A stretch of 49,101 nucleotides of DNA from a virus, in UHGV virus genome UHGV-0209788; one strand, 5' to 3'. The position numbers were made by a program, and so were the translations under genes. Shown here in pieces: positions 1-8,456 of this stretch. How positions within the stretch are numbered: position 1 is the stretch's first letter; the number at the start of each line of letters is the position of its first letter. The notes beneath the pieces are model-generated. The model saw nothing but the letters and a program-made list of their open reading frames with translations, was not told the DNA's origin and did not search any database.

Positions 1-756
1 ATGCAAGGCTGTGCTAATGATTTTGGCAAGCTGATCGGGAAAGTAGCTGTGCTACGCATGGCCTATGGCTGCCCCGACGCAGTGCCAGCGCTTTCTGAAT
101 GGAAGCGTCTCGGCGCTATGACGACCAAGGGTTTTGATTATTCGATGAACACAATTAATTCCGAGGCTGATGATTCCAAGGCGTTGGTTGAGAACCTGGT
201 CAATAACATGGACATTACAATTTCTGGTGAAGGCGAGGCACGCAAGAGGGACAAAAGTACAGAAATTGGCGCCTGGAGAATGGGCAAATACATCTTCGAT
301 GAATTGCAAGCCGGTCGACAGCCGACTCTGTGGGTTAGATTTGATTTTGCTGGCGAAGATGCTGGCACATACATCCAGGGCTACATGAACACCACCTCAT
401 GGTCTGGTGACTTCGGTACCAACGATATTTCCACCTTCTCCGGAGAGTGGAAGGTCTACGACGCTGACACTGTTGTGTTTGAGGTAGCTGATTCCATCGC
501 GGCCACTGGCGTTGAGGTTACCCCTGTAACTGCATCTCTTGTCGTTGGCGCAACCCAACAACTCAGCGGCGCGGTTCAACCAACCGATGCGACTAACAAA
601 GCGATCACCTGGACGACTTCGGCGCCATCCATCGCCACTGTCAGTTCAACCGGCCTGGTGACAGCAGTTGCCGAGGGCACCGCGACTATTACGGCTACCA
701 CTGCTGACGGTGATTTCACCGACACTTGTGCAGTTACCGTGACTGCCGAACCGTAA
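1..756 (+). CDS. Major tail tube protein (lambda V-like) with C-terminal Big_2 Ig-like domain
   Basis: The C-terminal 80 aa match the Big_2 pattern (TATITATTADGDFTDTCAVTV). The position follows U-like and Z-like genes at the window end and precedes the tape measure module. A GAGAGG RBS sits at the window end. Confidence 0.7.
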   Translation: MQGCANDFGKLIGKVAVLRMAYGCPDAVPALSEWKRLGAMTTKGFDYSMNTINSEADDSKALVENLVNNMDITISGEGEARKRDKSTEIGAWRMGKYIFDELQAGRQPTLWVRFDFAGEDAGTYIQGYMNTTSWSGDFGTNDISTFSGEWKVYDADTVVFEVADSIAATGVEVTPVTASLVVGATQQLSGAVQPTDATNKAITWTTSAPSIATVSSTGLVTAVAEGTATITATTADGDFTDTCAVTVTAEP

Positions 757-806
757 TCACTACAAAGGGCGGCGTGCTGCCCTTGATACTGGTTATGGAG
801 AACGAT

Positions 807-1547
807 ATGACACCCTTGAAAGAGATTGGCGAGTGCCTGATTGGTGCTGGCGAACGGGAATACTTCTTCCGGCCATCGTTCCGTAACATGACGCGGATCG
901 GCGAGCCAGAGCATATCGTCCGCACTTTCTATGCGCTGTTTAATGACGACGTGGCGAAAATGCTTGAGGCGGCCAGGGAAATTCACAGTGCTATACCTGA
1001 GCATCAGCGCAGATTTTACGCTTACTACTTCGGTGATATTTCCCTGCCGAGGTGGGCTCTGGATGCAGCAAGTTCAGCTGCTTTTGTGCGCGAGGCATTG
1101 CTCTCGGCTATTAACGTCATTCAGTCCTGCTGTGACGAGGACGTTTCTGAATTGACAGGCTGGCACGAGCCATCACGCACTGGAAGGCGAACGTTTGTAT
1201 GGCGCCGTGGCGCTCTCCCGCATGAGAACCTGATTCTGATAGCTCAGTCGCTGATCATGCATGGCGTTATCGGACGGGCCAAGGTTCGTAAGTTGCAGAA
1301 GCACGAAAGCAAGGAAACGACACCGGAGTTCCATGCAACTGAATACATCATGGCGGCAAGAAACCATTTCGGGATCAGCAGGGAAGAGGCTGAAAACCTT
1401 ACTATGACCGAATTTGCCATGATGCTTAACGCCAAATATCCTGACCAGAAAGGCTTCACCAGGGAAGAGTACGACGCGGTTATGGACGATGATGAACGCC
1501 GTTGGCAGGAAATGATGAAACGCGAAAATTTAAAAAAAGCTATATAG
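807..1547 (+). CDS. Putative tail assembly chaperone (G/GT position)
   Basis: Lies between the major tail protein and tape measure protein. Start at ATG 807 with a GGAGAA RBS. No frameshift site recognised and the family was not identified. Confidence 0.4.
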   Translation: MTPLKEIGECLIGAGEREYFFRPSFRNMTRIGEPEHIVRTFYALFNDDVAKMLEAAREIHSAIPEHQRRFYAYYFGDISLPRWALDAASSAAFVREALLSAINVIQSCCDEDVSELTGWHEPSRTGRRTFVWRRGALPHENLILIAQSLIMHGVIGRAKVRKLQKHESKETTPEFHATEYIMAARNHFGISREEAENLTMTEFAMMLNAKYPDQKGFTREEYDAVMDDDERRWQEMMKRENLKKAI

Positions 1548-1635
1548 CCATTTTTAGTAGGGGGGATTTGGAGTAGTTCTATGATCGTTTTCATCTCTAT
1601 CTGGTAGCATATTTAGAACTAATAGGAGATGTGAA

Positions 1636-1995
1636 ATGAAAAAAGTCTTTATCCTTGGATTAGGTTTATTATCTTTCTATGTCAGTGCCTCTGAATTTTC
1701 TGAGCAGGATTTAATCGAGTTAGGAAAAAAAGAAATCCGGACTGAAATCTCATTGCCAACATCTTTTTCACAGGAAAAATTTATTCCTGATACTCGTGAC
1801 AATCCATCTTCTCGAAGTGGAAATGTTTGCCTTAAAGTCTCTGGAAGAAAGAATGACGGAACTGCAATGGATCTAGCTGTCTACGGAGTGCACATAGCCA
1901 CAAAAGGTGAACAAGCTACTTTTGGTGAAATTTTTAAATTTATTGGCGAATCTGAAATGCAAAGTTCAGAAGCCAAAGAATCTTGCAAATTTTAA
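1636..1995 (+). CDS. Moron-encoded small secreted protein, unknown function
   Basis: AT-rich ORF with an N-terminal signal peptide (MKKVFILGLGLLSFYVSASE). It has its own terminator and is inserted between the tail chaperone and tape measure genes. Confidence 0.5.
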   Translation: MKKVFILGLGLLSFYVSASEFSEQDLIELGKKEIRTEISLPTSFSQEKFIPDTRDNPSSRSGNVCLKVSGRKNDGTAMDLAVYGVHIATKGEQATFGEIFKFIGESEMQSSEAKESCKF

Positions 1996-2045
1996 ATTCG
2001 CCATGATGTTATAATATATCAACATCATTGGATTTCATTAATTAA

Positions 2046-2067
2046 CCCGCTCCGGCGGGTTTTTTTA
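2046..2067 (+). terminator. Rho-independent terminator
   Basis: Hairpin CCCGC-tccg-GCGGG followed by a T8 run. Confidence 0.6.
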
Positions 2068-2083
2068 TGCCCGGAGAAAAGTG

Positions 2084-4588
2084 ATGTCTGAAAAAGCAGG
2101 CGAGATTTATTACGACATCGAGGCCGATGTTTCTGGCTTGCTCAAGGCGCAGGGAAAGGCCAATAAGTCGCTCGACTCCATCGGCAACTCGGCGACCAAT
2201 GCAGCCAAAAAGATGGATGAGTTGCAGACGAATATCAACCGCGTCGCCGGGGCAATTGCCGCCTCACTCGTTGTTGACTGGGGTAAGGCATTCCTCGTTG
2301 CTGCTGACAACATGAGCCAGCTCAACGCGCGTATAGAGAGGCTAACTGGTAGCGCAACAACAGCCTCGCAGACGATGCAGAATCTGATCCGTATCAGTTC
2401 GGCAACGGGTGGTTCGCTACAGGATACAGCGAAGCTGTGGGAGACTCTCAGCACTGCGTTGCGCGATACCGGAGCGACAAACGGCCAGATCATCCAGCTC
2501 ACCGAAACACTTCAGAAAATAGGTCGCATTGGCGGATCCTCGACAGAAGAAATGGCGAATGCTCTTCGTCAGTTCGGCCAGTCAATTTCATCCGGTACTG
2601 TCCGGGCTGAGGAGTTCAACTCCATCCTTGAGCAAATTCCTGAACTGGCGCGGCAGATCGCCGCCGGGATGGGCGTAAGTATCGGCGAACTGCGTCAACT
2701 GATGTTGGACGGGAAACTGACAGCAGAAGATGCGCTTAATGCCATCCAGAAACAAACCGGCTCAGTAAATGCAGAGTTCGAAAAACTTCCTCGCACTCTG
2801 GCTCAAGCCAATACCGCGCTGACAAACTCATTCCTGTCGATGATTGACTCTGTTAACCAGGCGACAGGCGCAAGCACAGGACTGGTTGCGGTTATCGACT
2901 CGATGACGGCTGCTCTCGACAGGCTGGTGGGGAAGGCAATCTCAGCGGATGCTCAGATATCGGATCTGAACAGCACCGCTGAAATGTTTACCCGCCGCGC
3001 GCGCACCTGGTCATGGCTTGGGCTTGATGGTTGGGAGGCGCAAAACAAAGCGCTGGCCGGGCTAAGCAATAAAGCCGCCATGCTGGTTGGCGACCTGGCC
3101 GCTGTTTCCAAAGCATCACAGACCGCGGCAAACACAAAACCGATCGAGATAAAGGCTGTTGCTGGTACAGGCAAAAAGAAAAAGACTCAGGCCGAAAAGG
3201 AAGCAGAAAAATATGCTAAGGCGCAGCAGACCGTTAACGAAAAGCTGGAAGAGCTTAGACAGAAGGCGCAACTTTCCGCAGGAAGCTTGGGTGAGTTGTC
3301 TCGTGCGCAAGCTGTTCTGAATGCTCAGCAGTCACTCGGTAGCGCTGCAACTCAAGCACAGATTAAAGAGGCTGGAGAATACGCCGCCAAAGCATGGGAT
3401 GCAGCAGCGGCAGCCAGAGGGGTAACTGAAGCACTTAAGGCAATCCCTTTGCAGGCGGAGAATAAATCCTACGCCGAATCCATGCAAAATCTGAAGGCCG
3501 CACTGAACGCTGGGAAAATAGATCTCAAGGAGTATAACGCTGCCACGGAGAAAATGGCGCTCGAGCACCAGAATAACCTCGCCAAGATTAACGCCCAGGC
3601 CACAGTCAATCCGGTAGCTTCTGCCCGAGCCGAAGTTGACCCGGTACAGCAACTGGTGAACGAAAATAACCAGAAGTTAGCCCTGATGCAGCAATATCAG
3701 CAGCAGGAACAGGCGATACTCCAGCAAAGTTACCAAAAAGGGAAAATAAATTACGATCAGTTCGTTGCTGCAAAGGCAGCTACCGATGCCCAGTACCTTG
3801 CCTTAAAGACTGCGCAGGAAAACCAGTTCAATGAGCAGATGACAGCCGCTCAGTGGCAATTGCTCAGTCAACAAGGTCTTGGTTATGAAATGCTGACAAG
3901 CGCGGTGGATGCGTTTTCAGGTAATGCATCTAATGCGTTAACCGGGCTGATCACCGGAACGATGTCAGCGCAGGATGCTATGCGTTCGCTCGGGAATACG
4001 ATGCTGAACAGCGTGGTAAATGCGCTAGTCCAGGTTGGGGTTGAGGCCCTCAAAAACTTCATTATAGGGCAGACATTGGGCGCAGCAGCTACTGCTGCTG
4101 GAGCATCTCAGGCTGCAATCTTGGCTACAGCTTGGGCTCCTGCCGCCGCCATGGCGAGCCTCGCTTCATTTGGGGCCAACTCAGTTCCTGCCATGACAGG
4201 AATTGCTTCAACGGTAGGCCTGGCACAGGGCCTTGCTTTAACCGGTATGCGTTACAATGGCGGCCCGGTGAATGCAGGAGGTCTTTATCAGGTCGGTGAG
4301 CGAGGGAAACCTGAGATTTACCAGGCCAGTACCGGTAAGCAGTACATGATACCGGGCGACAACGGCAAGGTGATCAGCAATAAGGATATGCAGGGTGGGG
4401 GAGGCATCAACGTTGTCTTAAATGTTCAGAACTATAACGGTTCATCAATAGATGCGCAGGCCAGTCCTGACGGCAATGGCGGCGTGACTGTGGATTTAAT
4501 CGTCGCTGACCTGAACAACGGCGGGCCAATCAGTAACGCCATAACCAGCAACATGAACGTTAAACGCACGCCAAGAGGGCAGGGCTGA
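2084..4588 (+). CDS. Tail tape measure protein
   Basis: 835-aa alpha-helical Ala/Gln-rich protein in the lambda H position. The C-terminus (GGPISNAITSNMNVKRTPRGQG) is lambda-H-like. Confidence 0.9.
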   Translation: MSEKAGEIYYDIEADVSGLLKAQGKANKSLDSIGNSATNAAKKMDELQTNINRVAGAIAASLVVDWGKAFLVAADNMSQLNARIERLTGSATTASQTMQNLIRISSATGGSLQDTAKLWETLSTALRDTGATNGQIIQLTETLQKIGRIGGSSTEEMANALRQFGQSISSGTVRAEEFNSILEQIPELARQIAAGMGVSIGELRQLMLDGKLTAEDALNAIQKQTGSVNAEFEKLPRTLAQANTALTNSFLSMIDSVNQATGASTGLVAVIDSMTAALDRLVGKAISADAQISDLNSTAEMFTRRARTWSWLGLDGWEAQNKALAGLSNKAAMLVGDLAAVSKASQTAANTKPIEIKAVAGTGKKKKTQAEKEAEKYAKAQQTVNEKLEELRQKAQLSAGSLGELSRAQAVLNAQQSLGSAATQAQIKEAGEYAAKAWDAAAAARGVTEALKAIPLQAENKSYAESMQNLKAALNAGKIDLKEYNAATEKMALEHQNNLAKINAQATVNPVASARAEVDPVQQLVNENNQKLALMQQYQQQEQAILQQSYQKGKINYDQFVAAKAATDAQYLALKTAQENQFNEQMTAAQWQLLSQQGLGYEMLTSAVDAFSGNASNALTGLITGTMSAQDAMRSLGNTMLNSVVNALVQVGVEALKNFIIGQTLGAAATAAGASQAAILATAWAPAAAMASLASFGANSVPAMTGIASTVGLAQGLALTGMRYNGGPVNAGGLYQVGERGKPEIYQASTGKQYMIPGDNGKVISNKDMQGGGGINVVLNVQNYNGSSIDAQASPDGNGGVTVDLIVADLNNGGPISNAITSNMNVKRTPRGQG

Positions 4589-5085
4589 TGCCAATTATCG
4601 ACTATCCCGACTGGCTGCCGCTGGCTCAGAAGGCCAGCAAAAACATGACTCTCGATACCGGGTTCCAGACCGATCAGCCAGCGGTCGGACCGGCTATCTT
4701 TGAGAATCAAACTGACGATCTGAAAGTGACCTGGTCACTGACGTGGATCTTCACTCTGGCTGAGGAACGAGCATTCCAGCAGTGGCTACGCAGCCCAAAC
4801 TATCTCAACCGGGGCCTGAACTGGTTCAGGATGAATATCAATCTGGGCGGCAGCGGCCTCCAGTTGCAGGAGCTTCACTTCACGCAGATGCCGGTGCAAA
4901 CCAGTATCGACGGCGGGGTGGTGACATGGACAGGAACCGTTATTGCCAACCATCTGTACAACGCTGACGACGAGTTTGACGACGTAATTGTTGAGCTGCC
5001 GCCGCCGTGGCCTTCAGTGCTTGATATCGTGGTGACTGGCTATCCGGACGGACGCGATCCGGAATCACTGCCGAGGGTGCCGTAA
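4588..5085 (+). CDS. Minor tail protein (distal tail assembly, M-like position)
   Basis: Translationally coupled (ATGA) to the tape measure protein. Assigned by synteny. Confidence 0.5.
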   Translation: MPIIDYPDWLPLAQKASKNMTLDTGFQTDQPAVGPAIFENQTDDLKVTWSLTWIFTLAEERAFQQWLRSPNYLNRGLNWFRMNINLGGSGLQLQELHFTQMPVQTSIDGGVVTWTGTVIANHLYNADDEFDDVIVELPPPWPSVLDIVVTGYPDGRDPESLPRVP

Positions 5086-5555
5086 TGCCGAGCTTCAGGG
5101 AGTATAAGCAGCAGCGCCCGACGCGCGGGCTGTACGACACCATCACGTTCCACCACCCCTCCTTTGGCTACGTCCGCCTAGTCGATAAGCAGTTCTTCCC
5201 GAAGACGCTTGGCGGACAGACATATACGCCAGCGCGTTTTGAAATCGAAGAAAGCCAGCAGAGTGGCACGCCGGTGATCGACGCGACGGTAAAGTTAGGG
5301 CGGCTTTCGTCGGACATCAAAGCGCTGATGAAGCAGTGGAAGGGAGCGGCTCGGCTAACAGCTATTACGGCCACGCGGCAGATATTCGACAGCGGCGATG
5401 TGTCGGTGCCGATTAAGTCGTGGCAGCTCTACGTCAAGACGGTGGACATCGACGCAGACTCCGCCTCGGTCACTCTGTCTGTCACCAACCCGCTGAACAA
5501 CAACATCGGAAGGCTCTATGACCCAACGGAATACACTGGCCTTCAGTACCTCTGA
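5085..5555 (+). CDS. Minor tail protein (L-like position)
   Basis: TAATG coupling. Assigned by synteny. Confidence 0.5.
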   Translation: MPSFREYKQQRPTRGLYDTITFHHPSFGYVRLVDKQFFPKTLGGQTYTPARFEIEESQQSGTPVIDATVKLGRLSSDIKALMKQWKGAARLTAITATRQIFDSGDVSVPIKSWQLYVKTVDIDADSASVTLSVTNPLNNNIGRLYDPTEYTGLQYL

Positions 5556-5934
5556 TTTTATCAGCAGGATGATCGGCGTGCCGTGGGCTAATAGGGCCTG
5601 TTCTTTCGAGAAAGTCGATTGCTGGGGTTTGGTGGTTCTGTATTACCGTCACGTACTCGGCATTGAGTTGCACCAGACGCCGGACTACGAAGCCGGGGCC
5701 GACTTCTTCACCTGCTATCAGGGCGACGTCGTTTTCTGGCGCAAGGTCGATAAACCGGTAGAGGGCGGGATATTCGTCGGGTACCGAGGCGCGCAACCGG
5801 CGCATGTTGGCCTGGTGCTGAACCGAAAAGCCATTCATGCGCGCGGGGAAAACGGAAGCGTGAAAGAGGATTCATTGCTGGTCATTCAGCGGGCATTCAC
5901 CAAAGTGGAGTACTTTTCGTATGGCGCTGGTTGA
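5518..5934 (+). CDS. Tail-associated NlpC/P60 family protein (K-like position)
   Basis: Contains a CWGLV catalytic-Cys motif and a downstream His typical of NlpC/P60. Position matches lambda K. Confidence 0.6.
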   Translation: MTQRNTLAFSTSDFISRMIGVPWANRACSFEKVDCWGLVVLYYRHVLGIELHQTPDYEAGADFFTCYQGDVVFWRKVDKPVEGGIFVGYRGAQPAHVGLVLNRKAIHARGENGSVKEDSLLVIQRAFTKVEYFSYGAG

Positions 5935-8398
5935 GATATCGAATTTTCCAGGAACGCCTAAGCTGCGTTGCAGGGTGCCAAACGGCACCCTTTTTTATGA
6001 CTGGCTGGCGGCCAATGACGCTACTTTCCACCGCGACCTGCTGATAGTCCGCAACGGCGTAAAGCTGGGTGACGAGGATGAACTGGCGTTTGAGCTGAGC
6101 GAGCTGGACCACGTCCAGATATTCGACCAGCCAAAGGGCATTGTCGGCGACATCCTGAGCCCTATATTCAAAGTAGTTGGCCAGGTGTTTTCGTTCCTGG
6201 CGCCGAAGCCCGCTATAGCAAACAACGGCGGTAATACCGTCGACTCGCCCAACAATAGCCTGACCGGTCAGACAAATACCGCTCGCGTTTACAAGGCAAA
6301 GCCGGACATTTACGGGCAGATTCGTTCGTTCCCGGATCTGATTCAGGAGTCGGTATTCGAATACGTGCACCAGACGTCCACCGACGGCGGCCTGAAGTGC
6401 GTTACAGAGTGGATGTGCATCGGAATCGGTAAATACGATTATGAGTCCGTGCGCTACTCAGAATCAAGCCTGGGCTCTCTGGCCGGTGCCGAATTCCAGT
6501 TCTTCCAGCCTGGCGAAGTAATCCCGCAGATCGTCGAGGGATACGGGTTCGATGACGTCGACGGGCAGGAGGTCCCCGGGCAGAACGAAGCCAGCGACTT
6601 CCCGATCGAAACAGCAACGGCAAACACGGTGGTCAGCGGAACGTATTCCGGCGGCCAGATAGCGATGAAAATCGTTAAGCAGGCTGAGTTCGACTATTTC
6701 ATGGGGCTGGTTCTGCCGCACGCTGTGACTTTCACCATCAACGTGACATACAGCACGGCCTCCGGCAACGTGACTACCGATGCGACATTCTCCGGTACGC
6801 TGATCTCCGCCGTTGAAACAAACGATGGCGCGGTTGTTAACCCGGTGCGCTGGTACACGTTTACGATGAACCAGCTGGAGGGGCCGCAGGACATCCCGGC
6901 GAACGCAACGATCAACACCACAAAGTTCATCCTGAACGATAACGAGGCGCTGGTGGTTGGGCCGTTCTTTTCCCCGGTCGAGTCTACGCAGCTGTGGCTT
7001 CATACCCAGTCCAGCCTGGGCGGCAAAAAGGAAACGAACTGGAAGGTGGTTATCTGGAAAATTGACGATGACTACAATCAGGTGCCGGGCACTCAGCAGA
7101 CGTTTACGTACCGGCAGACGACGCCGCACCAGTCTACCAGCGAAGTCTTCTACCGAACCGACAAAATCACTCCGACCGGCGGATTTGGAAAGTACGCGGT
7201 CAGCTTCCAGCGCACGGATAACTCCGGCGACGCGTCACTGCTCAAGGTCGAAGAAATCCATAGCATCAACATCAGGACAAACGTCGTTCACCCGACCGAC
7301 ACGCTGGTGCGCGTAAAAGTCCGGGCGACTGAGAACGCTCTTGGCAGCCGTGAGCGCAAATACAACGCGCTGGTGACGCGCCACACCATCACATACGACC
7401 TCGACACGCAAATGGTGGATTACACCCTGAGGCCGTCGCGCTCGTTCGCTGATGCGGTGGCGCATACCTGGCTGATTATGGGCGAGCAGCCGGTAAGCAG
7501 CATTGACCTGTACGGGCTGTACTCGATAGCCGAAAGCCTGCCGGATGAGCGCCTGGGTTACTTCGACTACACGTTCGACGACGAGAACGACTCACTGGGA
7601 GACCGCGTACAGGCGATCTGCAATGCTGCGTCGGTTGTGGCGTACTGGGACGACGGCGTGCTGACGTTTACCCGCGATCAGAAGGTTGACTACCCGGCGG
7701 CGGTATTCAACCGGGCCAACATGAAGACTGGCGAGTACAAAATGACGTACGAAGCTACTCTTCCAGGCGGTTATGACGGCGTGCAGGTGTCCTACGTCCA
7801 CCCGACCACGAACAATAAGACGTACATCAACTACCGCGTGCTGAACGGCGCCATAGTCGAGCAGGAAGCGGAAAACCCGAACAAGCTGGAGATAGTCGGC
7901 TTCCGTAACGAGTACCAGGCCCGAGAACGAGCTCTGCGAGAAACCAAGCGCCTGATTTACTCTCGGGTGAAGATGAACGCCAAAGTGTTTGAGGACGGCA
8001 TTATCCAGGTCGGTAGCGTCATTCAGATGCCCGACATCTACGACAGCAACCAGCAACAGGGTTACATCACCGGGCGCGCCGGTAATAACTTTGATACCAG
8101 CGAGCCGATCACGTTTACCGGTTCGATGTATGTGCTGGTGACCGACAGTCTGGGCAACCCGACGCTGCGCTATCCGGCCACGGCCCGAAGCGACACGAAG
8201 TATGGCTTCACTGCGGCAATACCCAACATACATCTCAACATATGGAACGGTGACACTGTGCAGCTACCGTCGCGCTATCTCATAGCGACGGTGGAGGAAC
8301 TGGACAGTCAGCTATGGACGGTCAACAGCATCAAACCGAACACCGATAACACGGTATCTCTGACCGTCGCAGAATACAGCGACGCCATCTACCAATAA
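5921..8398 (+). CDS. Tail tip / host specificity protein (J-like), possibly with a fused gpI-like N-terminal domain
   Basis: 825 aa and the last large tail gene before the fiber. Overlaps the previous gene. Confidence 0.6.
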   Translation: MALVEISNFPGTPKLRCRVPNGTLFYDWLAANDATFHRDLLIVRNGVKLGDEDELAFELSELDHVQIFDQPKGIVGDILSPIFKVVGQVFSFLAPKPAIANNGGNTVDSPNNSLTGQTNTARVYKAKPDIYGQIRSFPDLIQESVFEYVHQTSTDGGLKCVTEWMCIGIGKYDYESVRYSESSLGSLAGAEFQFFQPGEVIPQIVEGYGFDDVDGQEVPGQNEASDFPIETATANTVVSGTYSGGQIAMKIVKQAEFDYFMGLVLPHAVTFTINVTYSTASGNVTTDATFSGTLISAVETNDGAVVNPVRWYTFTMNQLEGPQDIPANATINTTKFILNDNEALVVGPFFSPVESTQLWLHTQSSLGGKKETNWKVVIWKIDDDYNQVPGTQQTFTYRQTTPHQSTSEVFYRTDKITPTGGFGKYAVSFQRTDNSGDASLLKVEEIHSINIRTNVVHPTDTLVRVKVRATENALGSRERKYNALVTRHTITYDLDTQMVDYTLRPSRSFADAVAHTWLIMGEQPVSSIDLYGLYSIAESLPDERLGYFDYTFDDENDSLGDRVQAICNAASVVAYWDDGVLTFTRDQKVDYPAAVFNRANMKTGEYKMTYEATLPGGYDGVQVSYVHPTTNNKTYINYRVLNGAIVEQEAENPNKLEIVGFRNEYQARERALRETKRLIYSRVKMNAKVFEDGIIQVGSVIQMPDIYDSNQQQGYITGRAGNNFDTSEPITFTGSMYVLVTDSLGNPTLRYPATARSDTKYGFTAAIPNIHLNIWNGDTVQLPSRYLIATVEELDSQLWTVNSIKPNTDNTVSLTVAEYSDAIYQ

Positions 8399-8421
8399 GA
8401 ACCGTCCCCGACTAACCCCAA

Positions 8422-8446
8422 CCCGGCCACCGTGCCGGGTTTTTTA
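8422..8446 (+). terminator. Rho-independent terminator
   Basis: Hairpin CCCGGC-caccgt-GCCGGG followed by a T7 run. Confidence 0.6.
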
Positions 8447-8456
8447 TGGAATAAAT

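Noticed and set aside
726-806. Upstream extension of the tail-chaperone ORF overlapping the major tail protein gene
   Set aside because: There is no RBS for the earlier ATG. ATG 807 has a GGAGAA RBS and removes the out-of-frame overlap with the V-like gene.
807-1547. Programmed -1 frameshift (G/GT-type) in the tail assembly chaperone
   Set aside because: The zero frame is open for the full 246 codons, and no overlapping -1 frame ORF or slippery heptamer with downstream stop was found. A fused product remains possible.
6464-7129. 221-aa minus-strand ORF (and several others) inside the J-like tail gene
   Set aside because: These are high-GC antisense ORFs with Arg/Pro-rich low-complexity translations inside a long, well-supported coding gene, which is a typical artefact of GC-rich DNA.
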